The position numbers were made by a program, and so were the translations under genes. Shown here piece after piece: positions 1 through 11,870 of a DNA stretch of 64,000 bases; the stretch's first letter is position 1; each line of letters begins with the position of its first letter. The stretch lies in assembly GCF_032191835.1 (NCBI RefSeq), contig NC_083237.1:40672001-40736000 (forward strand). Reading direction: 5' to 3'. Under the pieces are notes generated by a model. That model was given only the letters and a program-made list of their open reading frames with translations. It had not been told where the DNA came from and did no database searches. Origin of the DNA: Heteronotia binoei (Eukaryota).

Positions 1-6
1 AATGAC

Positions 7-2390
7 GTGCTGAGGAAATATTTGTACCAGGGGGTGGTGGTGTACCTTGATGACATCATTATCTATTCGAAGGATCTACCCTCCCACATAAAACTGGTCC
101 CCAAGGTCCTAAGCACCCTATACCAAAACAAACTGTATGCTAAGTTGTCTAAGTGTGAATTCTACAAGGAGGAGTTGGACTACCTGGGGTTCCAGGTGTC
201 GGGCAAAGGACTGGCCATGGACCCCACCAAAATACAGGCGGTGCTAGATTGGGAACCCCCGAGGACACGTAGACAGCTCCAATCCTTCCTCGGCTTTGCA
301 CATTTCTATAGGTCGTTCATACAAGGGTTCGCCAAGGTGGCCCTACCCCTCACTGACCTACTTCAAACCAACGGGAAGGGGCCCGAAGCGAAAAAGCCGG
401 GGGCCAAGCTGAATTGGACTAAACGGTGTCAGGAGGCGTTTGACATGTTAAAGCGCCTATTTACTAGCGAGCCGGTGCTAGTGCACCCCAATAAGCTCAA
501 ACCCTTCGTGGTTCAATGTGACGCCTCCGACACAGCCGTAGGAGCAATATTAATGCAGAGAGATGAGGAGGGCCACCTGAGACTCTGCGCTTACATTTCC
601 CGCAAATTCTCGAACGAGCAGAGGAACTGGTCGGTGTGGGACAAGGAAGCCTACGCAGTAACGTTCGCCCTGAAAACATGGTGGTCGTGGCTAGAAGGCA
701 TGCAAGTCCCGTTTGAAATCTGGACTGACCACAAAAACTTAGAGGCCCTTACGGGGCACCGAAAATTAACGGGGAAGCAAATTCGACGGGCGGGATTTTT
801 CGCCAAATTCGACTTCACCCTACGCCACATTCTGGGCTCAAAAAACTTTTTAGCGGATGCACTCTCAAGGCTGCCCCAACATGAGAGTGAGCGGGAGGAG
901 GTCATAGATTCCCTAATACCACTTGAGGCGGTAGCAGGGGCAGTACAAACCCGATCAAAAACAGCTGCCCAGAACAAAAGCCCATGGGGTGGGGGACAAG
1001 CTTATAGTTGAGGCAGAGGCCAGAAGGACTGTTGAAAGGGGAAGGGGGCTTCTGGTACCACAATGGGAAACTCTACGTCCCCAAATCCTAAGGGTGGAGG
1101 TGTTGCAGCATTGCCACACCAACAAACTGGCCGGCCATTTCGGCTACATAAAACCCTCCACCTAGTACATCGGCAATTCTGGTGGCCGCAAATGAAAAAA
1201 GACATTTCCGAATTCATCCAGACGTGCCCCACTTGCATCATGGCTAAGAGACAGGGGGGGAAGGTGCCGGGATTGTTACAACCCCTCCCCACTGCGGAAC
1301 GGCCATGGTCAGTGGTGTCAATGGACTTCATAGTCGAACTGCCGCCCTCTAAAGGTCGGACAGTGATACTAGTGGTGGTGAATACATTTTCTAAGCAAGC
1401 CCATTTCATTCCGTGCTGAAAACTACCCACCGCACGGGAACTAGCCTATCTTTTCTTCCTACATGTGGTCCTGGTACACTCATTTCCTGACAAGGTCATT
1501 AGTGACCGCGGGCCACAGATGGTTGCTAACTTCTGGCAGGAGTTTTGTAAATTAACCGGGATGGAGCAAGGGCTAAGCTCCGCCTACCATCCCCAAACGG
1601 ATGGTCAAAGCGAGATGGTAAACGGGCTGTTAGAACAATACCTCCGATGCTATGTAAATTTCCAGCAGTCCAATTGGGTGGAGCTACTGCCTTTCACCGA
1701 ATATGGATACAATAACAGCCTCCACAGTTCAACAAAGGTGTCCCCATTCCAAGCTGTTCATGGCTATGAAGGAAAACCCTTTCCCTTCCTCCCCGGAGGG
1801 CAAACCCTGCCTCTTTCCCCGGAGTGCCAACAATGGTGGAAAAAGCTAGAGAAATCCTGGAAAGTGATCCAGGAAAATCTAGAGGAGGCAAAAAAGGACT
1901 ACAAAGCCCACTTTGACAAAAACATAGCCCTGGGTGGGACTTTAAAGAAGGAGAGACGGTGTTCCTTTCCACCAAGAACTTGCTGCTGCCCCAAACGTCC
2001 CGGAAGCTAGCCTACCGATTCCTGGGGCCATTCAAAATAAAAAGGGTGATCAATAAAGTAACTGTGGAACTGGACTTGCCCAAGTTATTTAGTAAAATAC
2101 ACCCTGTTTTCCATTGCAGTCTTATCCGTCGAGATCCGGGTGGTTCAAAGTGGCATCCTCGGAACCCCGAACCGGAACCTATTCTGGTGAGGGGGCAGAA
2201 ACACCACGAAGTGAAGGAGATTCTCGACTCTAAGCTACAACGGGGGATTTTGCACTACTTGGTCTGCTGGCGCTACTTTCTGCCCAGTTGTGATGAGTGG
2301 GTAAAATCCTCTGATCTGAACGCTCCTCAACTACTTAAGCCATTTTACCTGCTGCACCCAGACAAACCCCGAGCAAGAGCTTACGGGGGG
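7..2390 (+). pseudogene. pol: Degenerate pol (RT-RNaseH-integrase-chromodomain) of element 1
   Basis: ORFs 7-1011, 1063-1419, 1465-2010 and 1959-2435 are consecutive pol pieces separated by stops and frameshifts. Confidence 0.9.
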
Positions 2391-2395
2391 CAGTA

Positions 2396-2876
2396 TGTCA
2401 GCTTGTGTTCTATTAAAACTAACTCTGCTATTTGAAATGTTTATTTACTGTCAACTAACCCTATGAATCTTTGCCTACTAATACTAGAGTCAGTGTAGAA
2501 TGTGGGGAGGAGGAGGGGAAGAAGGTGATTGAGGCGCCAAAGGCCAGCAAGGTCTTTGAAGTGCAAAAGGCTCAGCCGCTTCCCAGGTGCCGGGCAAGGA
2601 CACCATCGGGAGGAAGATACAGTTTACATATGTGAAAGATAAGGGCGTATGAACCAAGTGTCTCCAAAAGACAAATGGTAACTTTATTATGAGAAGTGAT
2701 TTAAACCCCCCAGTGCTTTGATGTACGTCTATAAATGCCAATACCTTTCTCTATTTCGTTATCAGTTTCAAAGAACCTGTGTAGAGTAGCATTGCTGTAA
2801 TCATTACAATGAAACTTAGTTTTTGAACAAAGACAAGTCTGATCATTTTAAAACTCCAATGAACCCTTCGATGACA
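2396..2876 (+). repeat. 3' LTR of element 1 (481 bp)
   Basis: Begins TGTCA right after PPT+cagta, ends TGACA (5-bp inverted termini); TATAAA at 2730. Confidence 0.9.
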
Positions 2877-4245
2877 TAGACTCCACTCATTCCCCAAGAA
2901 GGTCATTAGCGACCGCGGCCCGCAGTTCGTTGCCAACTTCTGGTGGGAGTTTTGCAAAATGGCTGGAATAGAGCAGGGGTTGAGCTCCGCCTATCACCCC
3001 CAAACTGACGGACAGATGGAGAGGGTGAACAGGCTTCTAGAACAGTACCTACGGTGCTACATCAATTACCAACAGTCCAACTGGATCGAACTGCTACCGT
3101 TTGCGGAGTATGGCTATAACAACAGCCTGCACAGCTCAACCAAAGCCTCACCCTTCCAGATCATGAACGGCTATGAAGGGAGACCCTTCCCAACGCTGCC
3201 GACAGGGGAGAGAACAGCGCCACCTAGCTCGTGCCGACAGTGGTGGGAAGGGGTCAGGAAAGGGTGGGAGGTGATCCAGGAAAACCTCGAAGCTGCAAAG
3301 AGAGACTATAAAGCCCAATTTGACAAGAAACACTCCCCGCAATGGGAGTTCAAAGAAGGAGAGAGTGTATTCCTGTCAACCAAGAACCTTCCCCTGCCTC
3401 AAGCATGTAGGAAACTGGCATACAAATTCCTGGGGCCATTTAAAATAAAAAGGGTAATCAACAAAGTGACAGTAGAACTAGAGCTACCCAAGATGCTTAG
3501 TAAGATCCACCCTGTTTTTCATTGCAGCCTTCTTTGCAAAGATCCTGGACCAATGTGTTGGCACCCCTGCCCTCCAGAGCCACCTCCTATTCAAGTGAAG
3601 GGCCAGAGCCACCATAAGGTGCAAGAGATCCTGGACTCCAGGGTCCAAAGGGGGGTTGCTGTACTACCTGGTCTGCTGGAAATACTTTCCCAGCAGCTGT
3701 GATGAGTGGGTCAAGTCAACCGACCTCCGGGCCCCTGAACTGTTAAAGAAATTTTACCTACTGCACCCAGACAAACCCCGAGCACGAGCTTAGGGGGGGT
3801 AGTATGTCAGACATTGTAACTGCTTCAAACGGTATTTTACTTAAATGAATTCTCTTGACCTGACTAACGCCATCTTGTTTACTGTTACTAACCCTGAGTA
3901 TAAAAGCTGTGCATTTCAAATGCAGAGAGACGGTTGTAAATCCCATGGGAGGAATTTCTCACTTGGCATCCACAAGCGCCCTAAACCTTTGAAGATGGTA
4001 TGCTTCAAGGTAACCAGCAAGGAGCCTTCCTGGGAATGAAATAAGGGGAGTATGGGAACAGACGACTGTCTCTCAGAGTGTGGGAATGGTTTTATTGTTA
4101 TGCTGCTATCTTCTACAAAACCCCAAGGGTAACCTTGGAATGTATCAAACTCAATCTGCTTCTATCCCAGACCACTAGTTCTCGAATAAATGGATTAATT
4201 TTGAAACAAAATGATTCGTTCTTATTTGAAGTTCCAAGTCTGACA
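2877..4245 (+). mobile_element. 3' half of a second Gypsy chromovirus (element 2), interrupted in integrase by element 1
   Basis: Integrase frame (RLHSFPKKVISDRGPQFVANFW) resumes immediately after the LTR end at 2876; ORF 2959-3702; chromodomain; PPT at ~3792-3799. Confidence 0.9.
3805..4245 (+). repeat. 3' LTR of element 2 (441 bp), unlike the element 1 LTR
   Basis: TGTCAGAC...GTCTGACA 8-bp inverted termini; AATAAA at ~4185. Confidence 0.88.
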
Positions 4246-6080
4246 CTCAGAGGCTGTCAATGGGGCTTTCACCATCAGGCGGCAAGGTAACCACACAGTG
4301 GCCAGTGCCCACACAGCTCCTGTGAGGGTTGCCAATCCTTGGTAGCAACCCAGAAGATGTGCTGGGGGTGCAATGTTAATCAGGCAGTAGGCAGGTCACC
4401 TGATTCAGGATCCATCCCCATCAATTGCCAGTGCTCCTATGGTGTAATCAATAAAAGTTGTGGCCTCTTCACACTCCAGTATCAAGGTGGTCTGTGTTAT
4501 TTTCTCATCTGTGGACCTCTATGCCAGTTGTGTTGAATTTATTTGTTAGAAGGGCCAGATCTGACATAAATGGGACTTTGTGGCCATGTGTATCATAAAA
4601 TGTAATGCCACGTAGCAGAGATATAAACTTTATAAGAGACACAGGCAAACACAATTAGAGATATTCTTTTTTACTTAAAATATAAACATTTTAAAAACTA
4701 TTTTGTTAAAATTGGAAAGGTGGGGGAATACTGGGATTTGGTGATGCAATTTTAAAAATAAAACATCACAAAAAAGCACAAGGATCACAGCAGAAACTAA
4801 GGATATCAAATGCTCTGAGCCTGGGAAAACATGAAATGGAAGAGCTTTGCAAGCTTCTTTCTCTCTCCCCCCACCCCATCTACTCAGATTGGAAACGGCT
4901 CTCCAGTGTAATATGCCCCTTTGGCTGTGGGTTCCCAAGTTAGAGTACTTGCTAGGTGCCATTTCTCAGTCCACTGAGCAAAGATAAAGCTAGATCAAAC
5001 AATCAATCCTTCACATGCAAGGACATCATGAAGCTTCATGGAAGTGGGGGAAGGCATGAAAAGAGCCCTGTGGGCCTGATTAAAGCCCTGGGCAGATGGC
5101 TTTGGCCTGCGGGCTGGACATATGATACCCCTGGGTTAGGCTGCCTGACTGGTTCTTCTCACCTTGCATAGCATAATTTAGTCCCTTCATATTTCAAAGG
5201 CTCTCGGGGCATTATCCATGAGACTTCCTCTTTCATTTTATCCTACAATAGACATGTAACATAGATGATGTATGGAGTGAGTGACTGGCCTAGGGTGAGC
5301 CTGTAGGTATGATACTACAGTTACAATACCACACCAGCAATTGCTATTTGTATTGGCTTTAAATGTCATTTTTTTTTTGTTTAAAATGTGAGACAATCCA
5401 CCAATCAAGGGTGGGTTAAAAATAGGAGGAGCGAATGAATTTAGGGGGAGGATCTTTATTATATACTTATTTTAAACACATTTATGCCCACTTTTTCCCC
5501 CAATAGAGACCCCAATGATTTACATTTTCCTCTCAAATATGGGCTTGGGTGTCATCAATATGCGGATGATACCCTGCTCTATCTACTAATGGACGGTCAG
5601 CCTGACTACATCCCAAAAAATCTGGACCTAGCATTACAAGCCGTGGCAGGTTGGCTCAGGCTGAGTAGGTTGAAGCTGAATCCAATGAAGACAGAGGTCC
5701 TTTGCCTGGGTTGTGGCAGTCTGGGAAGGGAAATCCACCTTCCAGTTTTTGACGGTGTACCATTTAAAGTGGCACACAAGGTCAAGAGCTTGGGGGTTCT
5801 ACTGGAGCCTTCCTTGTCAATGGAGGCTCAGATAGCAACTGCCAAATCTGCATTTTTCCATCTTAGGTGGGTGAGGCAGTTGGCCCCTCTCCTAGAGCGT
5901 CACAACTTGGCAACAGTGATCCATGCAACGGTCACCTCGAGATTGGATTATTGTAATGCCCTCTACATGGGGCTGCCCTTGTGCCAAACCCGGAAGCTGC
6001 AGCTGGTGCAGAATGTGGCGGCTAGGCTATTAGGGCTCCCAAAGTGGGAGTACATACGGCCGGGGCTGTGCGATCTGCAC

Positions 6081-6949
6081 TGTCAGAGTCTGGAAAACTA
6101 CTGTATTAAAATGCTTAGCTTAACTGAATGTAATGAAATGCTTAGCTCAACTGACTCCATTTTCTAACCTGTGCTACTAACCATGAGAAGCAACCTTGCA
6201 TATCAAAGTAGAAGCATAGTATTTACTAACACTGGTGTGAATTCCTGTCCCAGGAACTAACAAAGGCAATTCTCCTTTGAAGATAAAATGCCTCTGGGGA
6301 TGGCAGCCTAGCCATGCCTGTGAGATCAAGAACCACAGAGAGATAAGCTGGAGGCGCTGTGTGAAAAGTAACACTTCATGTTAAGAATGCTTGGGAACAT
6401 AGTTTTGTTTAGAATACCTTTGATGTGCTGTTTGTTAAAATGACTCCCCACCAGGGAGAATGTATCAGTTCCAATATCGCTATGCTCAGAAACTATGAAC
6501 TATCAAATAAAGCCTTAAACTTTGGATCGCACAGCCCCGGCTGTATGTACTCCCACTTTGGGAGCCCTAATAGCCTAGCCGCCACATTCTGCACCAGCTG
6601 CAGCTTCTGGAGAGCCAGTTTGGTGTAGTGGTTAAGTGTGTGGATTCTTATCTGGGAGAACCGGGTTTGATTCCCCACTCCTCCACTTGCACCTGCTGGA
6701 ATGGCCTTGGGTCAGCCATAGCTCTGGCAGAAGTTGTCCTTGAAAGGGCAGCTGCTGTAAGAGCCTTCTCCAGCCCCACCCACCTCACAGGGTGTTTGTT
6801 GTGGGGGAGGAAGGTAAAGGAGATTGTGAGCCGCTCTGAGACTCTTCGGAGTGGAGGGCGGGATATAAATCCAATATCTTCTTCTTCATCATCTTCTTAA
6901 ACTTTGTATCCAATGAAGTCTGGTTGATTTGAGGTTCCATCGTCTGACA
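6081..6949 (+). repeat. Solo LTR of Sushi-type Gypsy (~487 bp without its internal insertion)
   Basis: TGTCAGA...TCTGACA termini; 5-bp TSD TGCAC (6076-6080, 6950-6954); AATAAA at 6506; ATCAGTTCCAA at 6464. Confidence 0.9.
6611..6895 (+). mobile_element. tRNA-derived SINE (Squam3-like), full length
   Basis: A box tggtgtagtggtt, B box gggtttgattccc, L2-like 3' end, (TCT)n tail; four similar copies elsewhere in the window. Confidence 0.85.
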
Positions 6950-7462
6950 TGCACTGGCTGCCAGTTGTATACCAGATTCATTACAAAGTGCTGGTCATTA
7001 CCTTTAAAGCCCTATATGATCGAGGACCTGCCTACCTTAGGGACCGTCTCTCCCCATATGTGCCCCAGAGAGTACTGAGATCAGGTACACAAAATCAGCT
7101 GACAATCCCTGGGCTGAAGGAGGCCAAACTGAAGAGTACACATGAAAGGGCCTTTTCGATCGCAGCTCCACACTGGTGGAACCAACTACCGGATGAAGTG
7201 CGGGCCCTGCGGAGTCTTGATCAATTCCTTTTTCAAATGGCCTTCACTTAAATGTGGATTTATCTTCTATATTCAGCCATCATAAACTACTGAGGAGAAC
7301 ATCTAGAGTATAGCACTGTAAATGTTAATTTTTATTGTAATTTTGTTTTTAATTATAATGGTTTTAATTAGTAAATCATATATATCATTTTGACAATGTT
7401 TTATATTGTAATTTGTAAATTTTACATGTTGTGAGCCGCCCTGAGCCTGCTTCGGCGGGGAG

Positions 7463-7621
7463 NNNNNNNNNNNNNNNNNNNNNNNNNNNNNNNNNNNNNN
7501 NNNNNNNNNNNNNNNNNNNNNNNNNNNNNNNNNNNNNNNNNNNNNNNNNNNNNNNNNNNNNNNNNNNNNNNNNNNNNNNNNNNNNNNNNNNNNNNNNNNN
7601 NNNNNNNNNNNNNNNNNNNNN
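7463..7621. other. Assembly gap
   Basis: Run of N. Confidence 0.99.
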
Positions 7622-7760
7622 AACTCTGTGAGGTAGGTTATACTGAGCATATGGGACTAGCCCAAGGTTACCAAGAAAGCTTTCCTAGCAGAACTGAGAT
7701 TTGAACCTAGGTCTCCCAAACCTTGTTTGACAGTATAAATACTACACAACACTGGCTCTT
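7622..7760 (-). mobile_element. Old MIR/Ther1-like tRNA SINE fragment
   Basis: Reverse-strand A/B-box remnants (gagatttgaacctaggtctcc; actacacaacactggct). Confidence 0.5.
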
Positions 7761-9873
7761 GTATTGTAAACATGAGGCTCAATCTGTGTCAAATGGGGGT
7801 CTAGAAGTTTCCAATAATGCTCAAAAGAACATTGTTCTCACATATCTTCCTTCTGAGTCTATGTCAACCTATAGACAGGGAGCACAAAGTGTTGGCAACC
7901 AGTCTTCCTGTGTGGGCTGTGCAAGATACTTGTGTTTCAGAGTGCAAACAACTTTGACAAAAAAAAAGCAAAAAACAGTAGTGCATTAGATTTCTGTAGG
8001 CTAACTTTCATGCCACATTCCTCCTTCACAGGATAAAATCAAATAACAAAGTGGCCAGATAATAGTTTAGGAAATGACCTAAATTGTTCAGTAAATTCTC
8101 TGTAGGAGGCCAAAAGAAATAACAACAACAAAAAGAAAACATTTTACCCTTCCCTGGAAGGGTAAAGAATGGTTTTGATGTTCAAGATTAAACTACATGC
8201 ATTTATAGCCATTTTAGCAGTGACAAAAGGGCTCTCACAGATAAAGAAAGAGACAAGAACTCCCCCTCTCCAGTTTGTGCAGCCAGAAGATTGTGCCATG
8301 TCTGCTCTGGTAAAAGAGACAGAGGGGGAGGGGAAAACATTTGTGGGTAAAAACTGTTTCTACCTCCCTTCTACCTGGAGGTGTGAACTGACCATTTCAT
8401 TGTCTGGCCAGGGAGCTAATTAGCATTTCTAAAGTGTTGTTGGGCTGGAGAGAAATTGACTAGATGGAGGTGTGAACTGAACATATAATTGTCTCTGGCC
8501 AGGGAGGTCCTTAGCATTTCTAAAGGGTTATTGGATCAGGCTGGAGATTATGCTAAAAGAGAAAACCTTTTATTAAAAAATGAAGGTGACAGTTTTGAAC
8601 AATCCAAACCTCCAAAATACACCATAAGTAAAGTACATTTGAAGTTTCCTGTAAAAGTTTGTTTGCGAGCCCTGACCTGGAATAGACACGTGTTGGCTTC
8701 TCAGTCAAAACAAAGCAAGAGCAGCTTCTATATTCCTTTGCATAGTCCAATCTGCTTAGCAGGTTTCCTTGGAAATAAGTTCTGCCATACTAAACTGCCT
8801 CTCCCCAAAAAACAATTCCTGGCTACAATGCTGCTTGGGGATACAGTTTCACTACATAATATTATGTTTTATAGATAAAGAAAGAGACAAAAACTGCCAG
8901 TCTACTTTATGAAAGTGGAATAAACAAGTGTTTCCTATGATTTTCTGAACCTCAGTTATACATCACTGATACTTACACTACACAAACAGACCCTGGTCTA
9001 CCAGTTAGCTTCCCACTGGCTAGGAAGACTTAAATTTTGGAGTGCCAAAAAAAATTGAAAAACTGTGACAGCAAGGGATTGCTAATGATGCTGGGTGGAA
9101 ACAAGATGAGGAAGAACAGTAACAATCAAACTGGAACATTAAGACTGTGTGGTAAATGCCTGTGAGATAGAGTCATTCCTAACCTGCCTGTAGAACTTCT
9201 AAACCCTGTCTAAAGAAGTGGCTAGTTAAACCACTGATTTTTACATTAATTCTCCCTCTCATCTTCTCTGAGAGTTCCAAGAGACCTGACTGGCTGTTTC
9301 AGTCTTCTCCAATACATCAATGTGGTAAAAAGGGATTGACGGTTAAGGGGGTGGAGGACAGACTCAGTACTGTCTGTGACAAACCTTTCATTTTAAGGAA
9401 CCTTGGATTTTTGTGAATCTGCGGTTCTATAAGTATAATATGTCACTGTATCACTGAACTTACTTTTGGCAATAGCTTTAATTAATTAAAGGCACCTCCC
9501 TTCTTAACAAGTGCTTGTTTAACTATGATTTAAAAAAAATAGGTGGGAAAGGTGGCATAAGAGAAAAGCACAGCAGATTAAAGGTCTTTGGTGTGTCAGT
9601 CAAGACAACTGTGGGTTGAACCCAGAGAGCATTCCCGCTCAGTCTTTCCCAATCCTCCTCTTTATTACAGCCACTATTCTATGTGGCTATAGTCCATTCA
9701 GAAACCATGTTTTTGGGGTCATCAAAAGGAACCTCTTTTTCATCTTTTCACAAGGATAACACTGGGTTTATCTTATCCAAAAGATTTGTTTTTAATGTCT
9801 CCAAGATCAAATTCCTAGGCACAATTGGCAATACCAATCAACAACATTAATTAACTTTACAGGCTTATCTTTT

Positions 9874-10803
9874 TTATGGCATGATCTTCCCAATCATATT
9901 TCTTAAAGCCTCTTTGACCTCTTTATTTCTCAGGCTGTATATAAATGGGTTGGCCAGAGGAGGCAATGCTACATATAGGAGAGAGGAAAATTTCTGCACA
10001 CCTCTCTTTCCCTCAGTCTTTGGCAACATATATACCATCATTAAAGAGCCATAAAAAATAGAAACAACTATCAAGTGAGATGAGCAGGTAAAAACTGCCT
10101 TTTGTCTCCCACACACAGAAGGAATTTTCAACACAGCCACTATAATATACATGTACGATATCAAGATTAGAAGAAAAGGGGAAAGTGTAAAAATGACAGC
10201 CACAACATAGCCCATGATTTCCATCAAGGTGGTGTCACTGCAAGAGAGACTTAGGAGTGAGTAATAGTCACAGAAATAATGGTCAATTTCATTGGGGCCA
10301 CAAAAAGGTAACTGCAGCAGAAAAAGGAGCACTATCAAAAAAGCCAAAAATCCATTGATCCATGATACCATTGCTAACTGGATACAGGTATGAGTCTTCA
10401 TAACTGTTTCATAATGTAATGGTTTGCATACAGCCAGATACCTGTCATAAGACATCATGCAGAGTAAACAGCATTCTGTTGCTATCAAAGAATCACAGAG
10501 GTACCACTGAGTGAGGCAGTTGCTGAAAGAAATCTCTGGGTTTCCAGTCACGAGAGCTGAAAGCATCCTCGGAAATATAGTGGTGCTATAACAGGTATCC
10601 AGGAAGGAGAGGTTTCCCAAGAAGAAGTACATGGGAGTATGAAGGTGCTGATCAAAAAGAACAAGCACAAATATGAGAATGTTTCCAGTTAAAGTCACAA
10701 TGTAAATCACTAGAAATATCAGGAAAAGAGGTAGCTGTATGTCATAGAATTCTCCAAATCCCAGCAGGATGAATTCAGTTATCCTTGTCTCATTTCCCAA
10801 CAT
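9874..10803 (-). CDS. Olfactory receptor, class II (family 11/10-like), intact, 309 aa (OR-1)
   Basis: N-glycosylation NET; LHTPMYFFLGNLS, MSYDRYLAVCKPLHY, KAVFTCSSHL, NPFIYSLRN. Start placed at MLGNET; the ORF-track Met at 10848 lies upstream of a splice acceptor. Confidence 0.95.
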   Translation of the reverse strand: MLGNETRITEFILLGFGEFYDIQLPLFLIFLVIYIVTLTGNILIFVLVLFDQHLHTPMYFFLGNLSFLDTCYSTTIFPRMLSALVTGNPEISFSNCLTQWYLCDSLIATECCLLCMMSYDRYLAVCKPLHYETVMKTHTCIQLAMVSWINGFLAFLIVLLFLLQLPFCGPNEIDHYFCDYYSLLSLSCSDTTLMEIMGYVVAVIFTLSPFLLILISYMYIIVAVLKIPSVCGRQKAVFTCSSHLIVVSIFYGSLMMVYMLPKTEGKRGVQKFSSLLYVALPPLANPFIYSLRNKEVKEALRNMIGKIMP

Positions 10804-11760
10804 TTTGATATGTAAATAATCCAATCCTGTAGAAAAAATTACATGCAAAAAAGTTAAAATATTGTGTCCAAGGAAGAATGACGGTTGGGTTCGGTGCCTA
10901 CTGCCTGCAATGCAAGAAGTGGCTGAAGGACATCTGAATAAGTCTTAAATTAATGGAGGTAGCATCATATACTGAACTGAAATTAATGGAAAAAGCATCA
11001 TCCACTGGAACAAATGTACTCAGTGGAAGAAAGTGATTATTCATAACTCTCTATTTTATTCATAACTTTTTCTTTTGAAGTTTAAAATATCTCCAATTTA
11101 TGATGTTTGAGAAGAAATGATTTGACACGTATATACATTCATTTAGGCAGCTGCCTAGTGTGATTATCCATCACTTTTCCTCGACTGTAGTATTGCATAG
11201 AACCCCACAGTGAGTAAGGATCTTGCTTTCTACATCTAGCATTCTGTGGTTGTGTGTATGTAAATTATTGAGCCTCAGGCTACCTTGGACTTCAAAGAGG
11301 GCTCTAGGTATGATATCCTGGTTGTGGTCCTATGATTGCACTGTCAAAGTAGAGCCAAGACAAAAACCACTGGATTCACTGAAAATCCGTTTTTCAGTTC
11401 AACTTCAAATAAAACATGCATTTTAAAATTAATCTGTATAATTGACAAGCAAGCAAACCTAGATTAGCTTTACCAAAATACTTACAGTGTAATCTGAAGC
11501 ATGAATACTTGGAAGTAAATCACACTGAGGTCATTCATGGGGTTTTCTCCACAGTAAGCTTCTTTATAATTCTAGCTTTAGCCCACATTTTTTCTTCTCA
11601 ACAATTCATGGGTCACCAGTATATCCTATTGCCCAGGTGTAGTCTCTAAAACATTTCAAATCATACTCAAGATTATTTTAGAACTCTTTTTTTTGGAGGG
11701 GGGTTAGGAAAAACAGAAACAGAACATCTCAGGAAGTTGAGAGGGGAGGTAACAAATCCT

Positions 11761-11870
11761 CATAAGAACATAAGAGAAGCCATGTTGGATCAGGCCAGTG
11801 GCCCATCCAGTCCAACACTCTGTGTCACACAGTGGTCAAAACCAAGTGCCACAAGGAGATCCACTAGCAG
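11761..11870 (-). mobile_element. CR1 LINE 3' end
   Basis: Reverse complement of the ccaacatggcttctcttatgttcttatg terminus also at 30790-30817 and 45730-45770. Confidence 0.8.

Larger units (their letters stand above)
1..2876 (+). mobile_element. Ty3/Gypsy chromovirus (Sushi-type) element 1, 3' part; 5' part lies outside the window
   Basis: RT (VVVYLDDIIIYS), RNase H (CDASD...DALSR), integrase zinc finger and core (DRGPQ, AYHPQTDGQ), chromodomain (HHEVKEILDSK...YLVCW), G-rich PPT at ~2384-2390, then LTR. Confidence 0.95.
5535..7462 (+). mobile_element. 5'-truncated L2-clade LINE interrupted by a solo LTR
   Basis: RT HQYADD, TSRLDYCNAL, QLVQNVAAR, then HWLPVVYQIHYKVL C-terminal motif resuming at 6950; AT-rich 3' UTR ending gtgagccgccctgagcc at the gap. 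Confidence 0.9.

Noticed and set aside
497-1975. Antisense ORFs over pol, and similar shadow ORFs over L2, RTE-X and BovB
   Set aside because: Expected by-products of coding TE sequence
6611-6680. tRNA genes
   Set aside because: A/B boxes belong to SINE heads; no cloverleaf, followed by SINE body and tail
7303-7650. ORFs spanning N runs (also 41925-42344)
   Set aside because: Gap artefacts
10804-10848. 15-aa N-terminal extensions of OR-1, -2 and -4 in the ORF track
   Set aside because: The upstream Met lies in a pyrimidine tract ending in AG (splice acceptor); MLGNxT matches the OR-3 start and gives normal OR length
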